A DNA stretch of 64,000 nucleotides. Origin: Candidatus Levyibacteriota bacterium (GTDB taxonomy: Bacteria > Patescibacteriota > Microgenomatia > Levybacterales > UBA12049). Below, piece after piece: positions 27,512 through 36,201 of the stretch. Each line of letters opens with the position of its first letter. The first letter of the stretch is position 1. The translations under genes and the position numbers were made by a program. The notes beneath the pieces were generated by a model. It did not search any database and was not told where the DNA came from. It saw only the letters and a list, made by a program, of their open reading frames with translations. Where the stretch lies: the NCBI GenBank assembly GCA_963722305.1, contig CAVRKE010000002.1, positions 251,878-315,877 on the forward strand, given 5' to 3'.

Positions 27512-27913
27512 TTATTCCGTGGTGGTGCCGTCGAATTCGGGGCCGTCAGCTTCTGCTTCCTGTTTGGTTTGCCTGACAATCCCATCCTTGTGGTGCGGCG
27601 GGCTGTAAAGCGTATACAGTTTTAGCTCTTCCGTTTGGGAAGTATTAATCACGTTATGCTGCGAGCCCTGCGGCACAATCACTGCGTCGCCGTCGGAAAC
27701 TAGATATTCGGTGCCGTCAATAATTACTTTTCCCTCTCCCTTTTCAAAGCGGAAAAACTGGTCGTTTGCTTCGTGTACCTCCATGCCGATTTCCTCACCC
27801 GGTCGAAGAGACATTAAAACCAACTGACAATTTTTGGCAGTATACAAAACATGACGGAAATTTGTATTTTCCAGCGTCAGCTTTTCAATATTATCTTTGT
27901 AGCCCTTTTTCAT
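27512..27913 (-). CDS. Cupin-domain protein
   Basis: 133 aa. Cupin_2-like two-motif pattern (…GMEVHEAND…, …GDAVIVPQGSQHNV…). Confidence 0.7.
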   Translation of the reverse strand: MKKGYKDNIEKLTLENTNFRHVLYTAKNCQLVLMSLRPGEEIGMEVHEANDQFFRFEKGEGKVIIDGTEYLVSDGDAVIVPQGSQHNVINTSQTEELKLYTLYSPPHHKDGIVRQTKQEAEADGPEFDGTTTE

Positions 27914-27976
27914 CTACATTTAGTATAACACTAAATCTTGCATTAGAAAAATGTTTCCCCTATAATCCCACTAATT

Positions 27977-28306
27977 ATGCCAAGCTATCAAGAATTAGCT
28001 ATTTTTACCGTGGAGATTCCGGCGGCAGGACGCCCATTACCTTCTTTAGGTGAAGGGGCTGATTTTTCTTTACCGGCAATTCCCGGCGTGGACGCAAGTT
28101 CCAGCGGAAAAAGTCGACAGGAAAAGAAAGCTCGTGCAAGAAATTTTCAAAACAGATTTAAACAAACTCCCCCTTCCGTCCAACCCGACCAATCTGTTCA
28201 GCCCGACCGGCCTACTCAACCCGTTAAACCGATTAAACCGCAACACCGTATGCATGGAGGGCCCGGATCGATAAGACCCAGCCAAAGACGCGCAAAGCAC
28301 CCCTAA
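27977..28306 (+). CDS. Hypothetical Pro-rich protein
   Basis: 109 aa. A TTGCAT-N17-TATAAT promoter lies 10 nt upstream (leaderless-like). Low complexity, so weak support. Confidence 0.35.
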   Translation: MPSYQELAIFTVEIPAAGRPLPSLGEGADFSLPAIPGVDASSSGKSRQEKKARARNFQNRFKQTPPSVQPDQSVQPDRPTQPVKPIKPQHRMHGGPGSIRPSQRRAKHP

Positions 28307-28312
28307 GGTTGA

Positions 28313-28675
28313 TTATTTTCCTGCCTTGCGAAGCTCTTGCTCCGAAAGGCCGAAGTGGTGGCCGATTTCATGCATAACTGTTTTTCTAACTTGTGCCCGG
28401 ATTTCTTCTTCGCTTGAACATACCTGCAGCATTGCGTACTTAAAAATGGTGATTTTGTCGGGAATTGCACTGTAATATATTCCCCTTTTAGTTTGCGGCA
28501 CTCCCTCGTAAAGCCCGAACAAAAGCATGTTTGGAGCTAAGTCAGCTTTCCGCATTTGATATAGAGTCGGAAAGTCATCAACCGTCACTGAAACGTTATC
28601 CAGTTTTTCGGCAAATTCTTTGGGTAACAAACGTAAAGCCTCTTCAACCAGTTGTCTGAATTTTTTATCATCCAT
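28313..28675 (-). CDS. Zincin-like metallopeptidase family protein (PF06262-like); start at MDDKKF
   Basis: C-terminal …VMHEIGHHFGLSEQEL… HExxH-type motif typical of this small family. Confidence 0.7.
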   Translation of the reverse strand: MDDKKFRQLVEEALRLLPKEFAEKLDNVSVTVDDFPTLYQMRKADLAPNMLLFGLYEGVPQTKRGIYYSAIPDKITIFKYAMLQVCSSEEEIRAQVRKTVMHEIGHHFGLSEQELRKAGK

Positions 28676-28721
28676 CGTGGAAATTATAACACGGCATCCA
28701 GAGAAAAACGTCAACTCTTAG

Positions 28722-29408
28722 TTATTGTTGAAGCGTCCAGGTTCCACAATTTGATGACTTAAATCCAGCATCCGTAGCAGAAATAGTTACTATTGCTGTT
28801 GTATCAGTATTGTCGTTTGAAATAATACCATCTATACCTGCATCACTGAAATTGGAAAGTCTCGAGTAATAACAACCACTTTGACCACTATTCTTATATG
28901 TTCCTGCTTGGATGTCTGTTCCAACTATATACATTCCGTCAGGGAAAGTTGTGGTACTTTTTGTTATTTGTGAAACATCTTGTGTCCAGGTTCCACAATC
29001 TTGTGACTTAAATCCCTTATCAGTTGCCGCAATGGTTACTATTGCCGGAAAATCTGTGTTATCGTTTGCAATAATTTCATCAAGTGTACCACCAAAACCG
29101 CTTAAACGTTCAAAGTAACAACCTGATGATGCAACTCTTGTTCTATATGTTCCCGGCTGGATATCTTTTCCAACTGTGTATACTCCATCTCCAAAATGAG
29201 GATGTGTGTCAATTGTTGGCGTGGGCTGTTTCTGTTGACTTTGCGTTTGCTGATTATTGGTATTTGACGTTGCCGTATTGCTTGATGGCGTGTTATTGCT
29301 ACCACCACTTGCTGCACCAATTACCATAAGGACTATAAATACAACAATAATGCCTGTAATAAATTTATGGCGTATAAACCAATTTTTCTTTTTAGGTACT
29401 TCTTCCAT
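28722..29408 (-). CDS. Membrane-anchored protein with two tandem paralogous domains of about 75 aa (start at MEEVPKK; RBS GGAAGGAGG)
   Basis: The segments GDGVYTVGKDIQPGTYR...CGTWTQ and PDGMYIVGTDIQAGTYK...CGTWTL are internally duplicated, each with 2 Cys. A TTGACT-N17-TATTTT promoter lies upstream. Confidence 0.6.
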   Translation of the reverse strand: MEEVPKKKNWFIRHKFITGIIVVFIVLMVIGAASGGSNNTPSSNTATSNTNNQQTQSQQKQPTPTIDTHPHFGDGVYTVGKDIQPGTYRTRVASSGCYFERLSGFGGTLDEIIANDNTDFPAIVTIAATDKGFKSQDCGTWTQDVSQITKSTTTFPDGMYIVGTDIQAGTYKNSGQSGCYYSRLSNFSDAGIDGIISNDNTDTTAIVTISATDAGFKSSNCGTWTLQQ

Positions 29409-29512
29409 TGTTTCACCTCCTTCCAAATTGATTAAGCTAAAAATACTCTTTTACTTTTCAGAAGTCAAATTGATTTTTTAGCTAAACGGTGTCATGCTAA
29501 GAATGAAAGAGG

Positions 29513-29707
29513 GTGAGAACCTTGAAGAAAATCGAAAAATATTTTGCCAAACACATTTACCTTAACTGGCTGGGGGGTTTAATTGTCGGCACCGGTATCG
29601 GCGCCTTAATCACCAATAGTTTTCTAAACCCGCACCCCGTAAGATATGGACTGGCATTGATAGTGGTTGGACTTTTATTCTGTGCGTGGGGATATTATAA
29701 GGGATAA
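29513..29707 (+). CDS. Hypothetical small membrane protein
   Basis: 64 aa with 2 TM helices. Confidence 0.35.
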   Translation: MRTLKKIEKYFAKHIYLNWLGGLIVGTGIGALITNSFLNPHPVRYGLALIVVGLLFCAWGYYKG

Positions 29708-29709
29708 GG

Positions 29710-30153
29710 TTAAGCCAGCTTGGCGTAGTTTTCCCGGAACCTTTGCCGGAGCAAATTATATCTGTCCTTGGTTTTATTTTTTAGCGCATACTCGTCGTTT
29801 AAAACCTCATCTTTAGTTTTGTATTTGGTAATGACAAATTCCTGTGGCGTTTTATATTGATTTCTGGTCAGATCTTGTCGGGTTTTGTCGGGAAGTTCAT
29901 TCCAGAAATGGTGATTTTCTCTCGCGTAAATCAGTTTCCCGCCGAACATGTCGTTGATCAGCACCGCGGTGACTAAGCACTGGCCGCGGGGCGGATTGCT
30001 GCTTGACCATTTTTGAGTTGTGTCGGCAAAAGTAGCGGTTTGGGCAGACCACGACTTTTCCAAAGCCCTGATAATTTTGCTAAATTCCTGTTTACTTAAA
30101 AGTTTTGAGGGTGAATATAAATTCTTCACCGCCCAATTATACCACCGGGTCAA
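29710..30153 (-). CDS. Conserved hypothetical protein (possibly YunG-like)
   Basis: 147 aa. Motif …WSSSNPPRGQCLVTAVLINDMFGGKL…. The family assignment is from memory and weak. Confidence 0.45.
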   Translation of the reverse strand: MTRWYNWAVKNLYSPSKLLSKQEFSKIIRALEKSWSAQTATFADTTQKWSSSNPPRGQCLVTAVLINDMFGGKLIYARENHHFWNELPDKTRQDLTRNQYKTPQEFVITKYKTKDEVLNDEYALKNKTKDRYNLLRQRFRENYAKLA

Positions 30154-30197
30154 AGATATTAAGCGGAGCCGAAGGAGAAATGGTTTACCTATTATGA

Positions 30198-30422
30198 TTA
30201 AAATTTAAGGAGTTCGAGAACTTTATAAACAAGCAGAGCGGGCCAGACAATAGCTTTTAAAATACCTAAAAGACCCATCCAAAGTGTGGTTGCGTGCTGG
30301 AGAAAATAAATTAATGCGCCAACAAAACCAAGGCCGTAAACTGCATTTCCGCCGGTAGCTTTGCCGCCCTTTCCCCTGCTGCAAATTTTATCCTTTAATG
30401 ATTTCCCTTCTTCCTTGGCCAT
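30198..30422 (-). CDS. Small membrane protein with a leaderless-type promoter
   Basis: 74 aa. TTGACT-N16/17-TACAAT sits 6 nt before the ATG (promoter at about 30436-30466 on the minus strand). Confidence 0.5.
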   Translation of the reverse strand: MAKEEGKSLKDKICSRGKGGKATGGNAVYGLGFVGALIYFLQHATTLWMGLLGILKAIVWPALLVYKVLELLKF

Positions 30423-30559
30423 AATCTGATTGTAGCATCAAAACCCCCGAAGTCAAATCGAGCATGGCAATGCGAGATGGTTGCAAACCCTCCTTGCAAC
30501 CATACAGTCAAACCAACATTCTTAAGTTTGTTGGTTTGTTTTATTCTGAAAGGATTTGA

Positions 30560-30890
30560 AAGATTATTCTTTTTTCCGCAAAAAGAATCAAAAGCTCCTG
30601 CCAAACAAGTTTGATTCCTTGCGTCTTTTGCCGAAAAGACGCCCAAAACTCTTTGCAAGCCAAGTCGAACTATTTTTGCTTGTTCACTCATCGGGTAATT
30701 TCACCCCATCCGCAACAGGTTTGTGCGGAATTCCCCTGATTCATTCACGCGCAAAACTTAACGTTCTTTATTGGATTGCAAAATAATGAAATAACGAATT
30801 GGCAGTTTAGTAGAACATACCAACATTCTTAAGTTTATATGGATGTTCATGTTAAGCTGTGTGGAATTGGGGCCGAAGCGTCAGCGAGGC
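30560..30890 (-). ncRNA. Candidate structured small RNA (copy B of the repeated element) with its own promoter and terminator
   Basis: Minus-strand promoter TTGACT-N17-TAGATT at about 30895-30925. Core 30575-30705 is homologous to 20068-20195. The terminal hairpin GCGTCTTTT-CGGC-AAAAGACGC covaries with the copy A hairpin. A second hairpin GAATCAAA...TTTGATTC is followed by TTTTT. Confidence 0.3.
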
Positions 30891-30981
30891 CGTAGAATCT
30901 AAAAACCCCGGACTCCGAAGTCAAATTAAAACAGGTCATTATCGTTGACAAACCCCATATTAAATATAATAATCACAATAT

Positions 30982-31434
30982 ATGGCAAGTCCGGACCTAA
31001 CAAGCGCGACAACAGAATCACCCGGCCCAAGTGTGCTGCAAAAACTTGTTCCTCCGGGTTCCGGGCTAAGCAAGGTTTCCACCAGGTCTTACGAAGATAT
31101 CGACGGTTCTACAAAACAGGTTAACATTTTACACGTGTTGGGAGCTAAAGCGGTTATCATGGTTCAAAGGGTAAAAGACGGCTGGCGGCCGGAAACCCTT
31201 TTCGGCGAGCTGCGTAATCCGGCCCCTGAGAAATTAGGAGCATTTACGCAAAAAGCCCGTCAGCTGGCGGCAGAAAATCTGCCGACTTTTAACGATAGGT
31301 CTATTGGGCCGGAGTTGAAACGGTTGGCTAAAGATGCAAGGACAATTGCTCCCGGAGAAAGTCCGCATATCCGCTCGCAAAGACATAAGCTTTCCGCTCC
31401 CCGCTCGGCCATACTCATCGGCCCAAAGAAGTAA
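30982..31434 (+). CDS. Hypothetical protein (GC-rich patch)
   Basis: 150 aa. A TTGACA-N18-TATAAT promoter lies upstream. No domain recognised. Confidence 0.45.
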   Translation: MASPDLTSATTESPGPSVLQKLVPPGSGLSKVSTRSYEDIDGSTKQVNILHVLGAKAVIMVQRVKDGWRPETLFGELRNPAPEKLGAFTQKARQLAAENLPTFNDRSIGPELKRLAKDARTIAPGESPHIRSQRHKLSAPRSAILIGPKK

Positions 31435-31848
31435 AAGAAGTCAAATTAAATTTATTAAGGTTTTTTCATGGTCGTAAACCCTCTATTTTGCGACACGGAG
31501 GCTGTTTTAATCCAGTAAATTAGCCTTGTCAAGTTGATGAATCAAGGCTGAGCTATATATCCTAACCGGCTGGGATTTTGTCTAGCTATAAAATATACAG
31601 CGTTTAAGGCAAAAGAAGGTAATATTCTTCCGTTCTTTTCCTTTATCTAAAGATAAAGAAGATGAGACATCATTATTTGTAGACGTTGAATGCCCGTAGT
31701 ATAATCACTTTTGGTTTTTGGTCCTTGTAATGTTTTAATATTTATTTAGTATATCTCTGCCCCGTTTATATTAGCTGTCCTTTATTATTCCTGCTCTGTA
31801 TTTGTTTTATATTCCTGTCCAATTTTATATAACTAATTTATATAACTT

Positions 31849-32665
31849 ATGAGACATTATGGTATGGATGATGATTATGTTCCAACCCATAAGCAAATGG
31901 ATATTATTGAATTGGTCTATAAATTCCGGTTTATTAATAGAAAACAAATACAGACAATCTTTGATTATAAAGACCCCAAAAGCGTTAACCCCCTATTGAA
32001 AGATTTAGTAGAGCATAAATACCTTAATAGAATTTATTCTCACAAGCTTTTAGAAAATACTAAACCTGCCATTTATTATTTAGCTAATGAAGGAATAGGT
32101 TGGGTTCGAGCAAATTTTTACGAAGACGAACCGGAAAAGGTAAAAAGATTTTATCAGGATAAACATGCATCGGATAGGTTTATTAATCACTGTATTGCGC
32201 TTTGCGATTTATCTCTGCAATGGCAAGGAGTCTAGAAAGGGATATCCAACTGATGGTTATTCTTTTAGTACGAGTACTGAGCTTTGGTACGAGGAGGAAT
32301 TAAAAACAATCCGACCTGATGCCCATATTGAAATTCGAGAAAATCAGATAATATCAACATTCTTCCTTGATCTGATAGAGCCATATGTCCCAATGTATGC
32401 AATTCGTTACAAGATTGATCAGTATATAGATTTTCGCAGTAATTCACGTTGGTGGGATGTCTACACGGGAAGCGATTTGACGTCTTTTGTTATCCGTCTA
32501 ATCTTTCCTAATCAAACAAAACAAAGACGCATGAGCAAATACATTAAAGAACAGTTATACGGATCGTTTGATACAGAAAATCTAACATTCCTACTCTCTA
32601 CGTATAAAAAGGCTTCGGAAGAGGGTGTAGAAGCCGACATTTGGGAAACAATAAAAGATGCATAA
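31849..32665 (+). pseudogene. Replication-relaxation family protein gene (Replic_Relax-like wHTH), interrupted by a +1 frameshift near 32220-32235
   Basis: Track ORFs 31849..32235 and 32165..32665 are the two halves. Motifs …HCIALCDLSL… then …RPDAHIEI…FFLDL…. The shift maps to the run ...CAAGGAGTCTAG.... Confidence 0.6.
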
Positions 32666-32685
32666 AGTTGAAATATAGCAAAATA

Positions 32686-32718
32686 AAATCTCCCGCCGGA
32701 GCTGACGGGAGATTTTAA
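32686..32718. terminator. Bidirectional intrinsic terminator between convergent genes
   Basis: AAAATCTCCCG-CCGGAGCTGA-CGGGAGATTTT, with an A-tract on one side and a T-tract on the other. Confidence 0.6.
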
Positions 32719-32723
32719 TCAAA

Positions 32724-33032
32724 CTATTCGTAGAGCCAGGGCTCGTGAACCCTTTTTATCTCGGATAGTCTCGTAGGTTTAAAAGACATATCCTGCTCTA
32801 GTCCGTAAGCTTCATGAATCCGCTCAAGCTTTTCCAAGGAGAAATATCCAACCTCAGGATTATCTCCTACTACATAACCAAAGAATGAATCTTCTCCGTC
32901 AAATTCAAATGGATACCAAACCCATTTGTTAAGCGGCATATAGAATTTACAGACAGCTATCGGGTCTTCCACCTTTTCCTGGGAATGCAACGGAGGAAGA
33001 GCTTTTCTTAATTCATCTGTAATCAGTTTCAT
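32724..33032 (-). CDS. DUF2958-family protein (plasmid/ICE-associated); start at MKLITDEL with RBS AGGAGGTGA
   Basis: Motif …LPPLHSQE…DPIAVCKFYMP…WVWYPFEFDG…. Confidence 0.6.
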   Translation of the reverse strand: MKLITDELRKALPPLHSQEKVEDPIAVCKFYMPLNKWVWYPFEFDGEDSFFGYVVGDNPEVGYFSLEKLERIHEAYGLEQDMSFKPTRLSEIKRVHEPWLYE

Positions 33033-33211
33033 ATTTTTCACCTCCTTTCTTAATAATTTATTTTTAGGAAGCAGCCTTGCTTCCTGTACTTGAATTAAAA
33101 AAAGCGGGGTGAATTTTGCAAGGGCGACTGAAAGGAAGTTCATCTTGACCCTTGTCAAAAGAGGGGCAAGACCCCTAGAGAAGCTTTTTGCGTGCTATAA
33201 TATATTTTATT

Positions 33212-33979
33212 ATGGCAGATGGTTCAGCGATGCCTGAGGCTAGTATCCCCAACAGTGAAAGACAGACTTTGGGAGATTTCGAAACAACTCCTCCAAGCGA
33301 ACATGACCCGAATAATTTTCGCTATATTGTTCACTGTTTTGTTCCGGATAATTTGAAGGGGGTATTTACTACAGTTGGGTCGAAGAGAGCAGCGGATAAA
33401 GGTTGGCATCCTGAAACTCAAAGTGATCCGATCGAAAGCACGGAGCAATTTCTTAAAAGAGAATATATCTCTTGTTCTGTGGTAGATCAAGACCATTTAG
33501 CTACGTGGTCCAATGCGGGAATAATATTAAACGCTGAGAGGAAGAATCTTATGTTGACGTTTGGGGGAGACGCGGGAATAGTTTCGTCAACTGACGCGGA
33601 CAGGGAGCAATTCCCTTATCCAGTTATGCCCTTTTCGGAGCTTTTAGATGAAACTAGTCCTTTCCTTCACAACGAAGTTGTTGTGCGTGGATCCGAAGGA
33701 TATCCACCGCTTAGTATAGCTGGCGTTTTTATTAAGACAGATCCACAAGGACAATATATCCATGACATGGACGCTGAAGTTATTCCAAAGGCTCGCAATT
33801 TAGCTGCGAGACTCAATGTACCCGTAGTTGAGATGAGAGGAGTGCCTACCCTACATACTATTATACCCATATCTCAACCACCTAATGCTAATGTAGAACA
33901 ACCTATTGAATCTACTGGCGGAATGTTTAATAAGGTAAAAGTAGGCGTTTCTAGTATTAGAAGAAGATTCAAAGTTTAA
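33212..33979 (+). CDS. Hypothetical protein (GC-richer), flanked by 29-bp direct repeats
   Basis: About 255 aa from MADGSAMPEA. No domain recognised. The repeat CCTTGTCAAAAGAGGGGCAAGACCCCTAG occurs at 33149-33177 and 34121-34149. Confidence 0.45.
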   Translation: MADGSAMPEASIPNSERQTLGDFETTPPSEHDPNNFRYIVHCFVPDNLKGVFTTVGSKRAADKGWHPETQSDPIESTEQFLKREYISCSVVDQDHLATWSNAGIILNAERKNLMLTFGGDAGIVSSTDADREQFPYPVMPFSELLDETSPFLHNEVVVRGSEGYPPLSIAGVFIKTDPQGQYIHDMDAEVIPKARNLAARLNVPVVEMRGVPTLHTIIPISQPPNANVEQPIESTGGMFNKVKVGVSSIRRRFKV

Positions 33980-34216
33980 TAAGATCCACCTTTATTAGAA
34001 TAGGTGGTATTGCTTATGCAAAAGGTGTTTTTAAATTTAAAGCAAGAAGAGAAAGACTTATACCATTAAGCCAGGAATAGAATAGGATCTAACCTCGTCT
34101 ATCCCACGAATGCAGGAAATCCTTGTCAAAAGAGGGGCAAGACCCCTAGGATACTATCGATAAATAATCACTTCTTGTAATGATTGATTTTTCAAATTCT
34201 TTTACTATGGCAACCG

Positions 34217-34738
34217 CTATATAAATATATCAAGAACTTTATATTCCAAGTTATTTTCCTTGAATACGGTATCTATGCCTCTTTTTCTGGGACTATATTG
34301 ACTAACATGGTCTTTCCCTACGACAAGTAAAACTATTTTATCTGTTTTATTTTTTATTCTTTCATACCATATATTTTCTCTCTTATCGTTGTAATCATCT
34401 ATTAACTTTATATATGGTTCTTTTTCTTCATTGGTAAATCTAGAAGAGTTTACGATATTGAAGTATTCTACAATTTTTTCTAACTCTTCCAATCCATATT
34501 TAGATCTTTCATCAATTTCAGGTTCACACATAATATATTCAAGGCTATGCTTTACGGCTAGCTCTTTAACTATCATCCTATGATCCGGATTTTGAAAATT
34601 ATAAGTATTTACTTCTTCAGCGATGAGGGAGATTTTGAGGTCGCGAATTAATTTGTCTAGATATTGATAAAAAATCGGAGATTTTCTCGGGTCATCTCCA
34701 TATTGAATCATGTGATCGGTACCTAGTATATAAATCAT
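34217..34738 (-). CDS. Hypothetical protein
   Basis: 173 aa. Last gene of a three-ORF minus-strand unit with 34911..35213 and the small ORF 34774..34890. Confidence 0.45.
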   Translation of the reverse strand: MIYILGTDHMIQYGDDPRKSPIFYQYLDKLIRDLKISLIAEEVNTYNFQNPDHRMIVKELAVKHSLEYIMCEPEIDERSKYGLEELEKIVEYFNIVNSSRFTNEEKEPYIKLIDDYNDKRENIWYERIKNKTDKIVLLVVGKDHVSQYSPRKRGIDTVFKENNLEYKVLDIFI

Positions 34739-34773
34739 CGTCAGAAAATTGTATCGCTACGTTTCTAATAATT

Positions 34774-34890
34774 AAATTATCTTGGTGTCGATCTGTCAAA
34801 AGCCTTTATTCTTATTTTTTTACCATTAGATAATTTCCTCAAATAAGAGTGGACTTTAACAAATTTTTTGCCTCTTTGTGTTTCTGCCAT
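34774..34890 (-). CDS. Unannotated small basic protein (38 aa, MAETQRGKKFVKVHSYLRKLSNGKKIRIKAFDRSTPR) with a strong RBS
   Basis: Not in the ORF track (under 60 aa). RBS AAAGAGGAGGTGA is 8 nt upstream of the ATG at 34888-34890. It lies between two co-directional genes. Confidence 0.4.
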
Positions 34891-34910
34891 TTAATTTTTC
34901 ACCTCCTCTT

Positions 34911-35213
34911 TCATATATGCGCATACACTTCGCTCATTGCTGAATCATTTGGAGTATAAAACGGACGAATTCCTGTAAAGTTTTTATCTGTTAATTCCAT
35001 ACTTGAAATATTTTCCACGATAAAAAGCCTCCAGTTAGGGACATCATCGGGATGATTACTAAACCCGGAGATTTCCCATGCTCTCAAAAGCTCTTTATCT
35101 GAACCCCCTCTCCCATAACAAAAAGGCTCTATTAACCTTTCTCCTATTTCGTCCTTATAGCGAATGCTTACTATTGTTTTTGCTTGAATTGCTTGAGTTA
35201 ATGTTGAATTCAT
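34911..35213 (-). CDS. Small WYL-like domain protein (tentative)
   Basis: 100 aa. …IGERLIEPFCYG…WRLFIVENISSMELTDKNF… resembles the WYL ligand-binding beta-barrel signature (W-Y/R-L…R.F.ldRI). Assigned by pattern only. Confidence 0.35.
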   Translation of the reverse strand: MNSTLTQAIQAKTIVSIRYKDEIGERLIEPFCYGRGGSDKELLRAWEISGFSNHPDDVPNWRLFIVENISSMELTDKNFTGIRPFYTPNDSAMSEVYAHI

Positions 35214-35376
35214 AATCTATCACCTTAATTCCGGCACATAGTTAAAACTATACATCTAGTGCCACCAAAATAATATGGCACTATATCTACCCTGTCAACT
35301 ATTAACATCTATATCAAATTAGGTCAACATTATTTTTAGCTTCGGTTTGTGGCTAAGAAATCAATCGCTATAGTAT

Positions 35377-36132
35377 TTACATTCCTGAATATGGAGAAAC
35401 ATCAATTACAACACTACCAAGATCTTTATAATAATTCATCTTAACCTCTTTATTGCCCGTTATCTGTGAATCCTTTGTTTCTGTCCCATTGGAAAAAAGG
35501 ACAATCGTTTCATCAACCCAAGTTGTCCCATCACTCCAGTCAGGAGCAGCATTTTGAATAAATTGATGTGCTAAAACCAAAGCACTTTGATTTTCTGAGT
35601 TATGTTGACTTGCAATAAACATTAATTCGACATCAGATAAATTTGTTTTATTACCTATTAATTGTAAATTAGTATTGGCTGTATAGTCCGTTCCTACATA
35701 GTTTGGCTGACCCTTCACATCAACTCCTTGTTTCATTGTAAAAGAATCGCTTAATCCGACCATCATGTCATCATAGGAAACGCCTAGTGTTGGAACAGGC
35801 GTAGGACTTGAAGCGTTAGTTGGAGTCGCCTTTATTTTATTTGTTGGCGCTATGGTTGGTGTTTGCGTTGGTTGCGGAGTTGGCGTTGCGGTGACCTTAG
35901 CAAGGTTACCGGAATTGGTTTGTTGATTAGAAGGGCTATTTGAACCCGATGATGCTAAACTACTTATGATAAGGATTAAGAATAATATCGTAACTCCCCA
36001 TTTTAAGTACTTATTCCAATTGCTATATTTCCACATTAAGAATAATCCAACGGGAAAAAATAAGACAAGAAGTATTACTATCCAGATAGTCTTTGAGTGC
36101 CATTTTGAGCTTACCGTATTGTCTGATTCCAT
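35377..36132 (-). CDS. Membrane-anchored secreted hypothetical protein
   Basis: 251 aa. N-terminal TM helices, a Thr/Pro-rich linker and a C-terminal globular part. TTGACT-N17-TATATA promoter upstream. Confidence 0.5.
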   Translation of the reverse strand: MESDNTVSSKWHSKTIWIVILLVLFFPVGLFLMWKYSNWNKYLKWGVTILFLILIISSLASSGSNSPSNQQTNSGNLAKVTATPTPQPTQTPTIAPTNKIKATPTNASSPTPVPTLGVSYDDMMVGLSDSFTMKQGVDVKGQPNYVGTDYTANTNLQLIGNKTNLSDVELMFIASQHNSENQSALVLAHQFIQNAAPDWSDGTTWVDETIVLFSNGTETKDSQITGNKEVKMNYYKDLGSVVIDVSPYSGM

Positions 36133-36201
36133 AAGGATATAAATTCTGATTTGTATATATACCCAAATTAGAAGAAAGTCAAATTATTTCTAAAAATAAA
36201 T

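Noticed and set aside
34100-34216. Possible tRNA or att site at the island-internal junction near the second 29-bp repeat
   Set aside because: No cloverleaf-compatible sequence was found. The segment looks like promoter/terminator sequence only.
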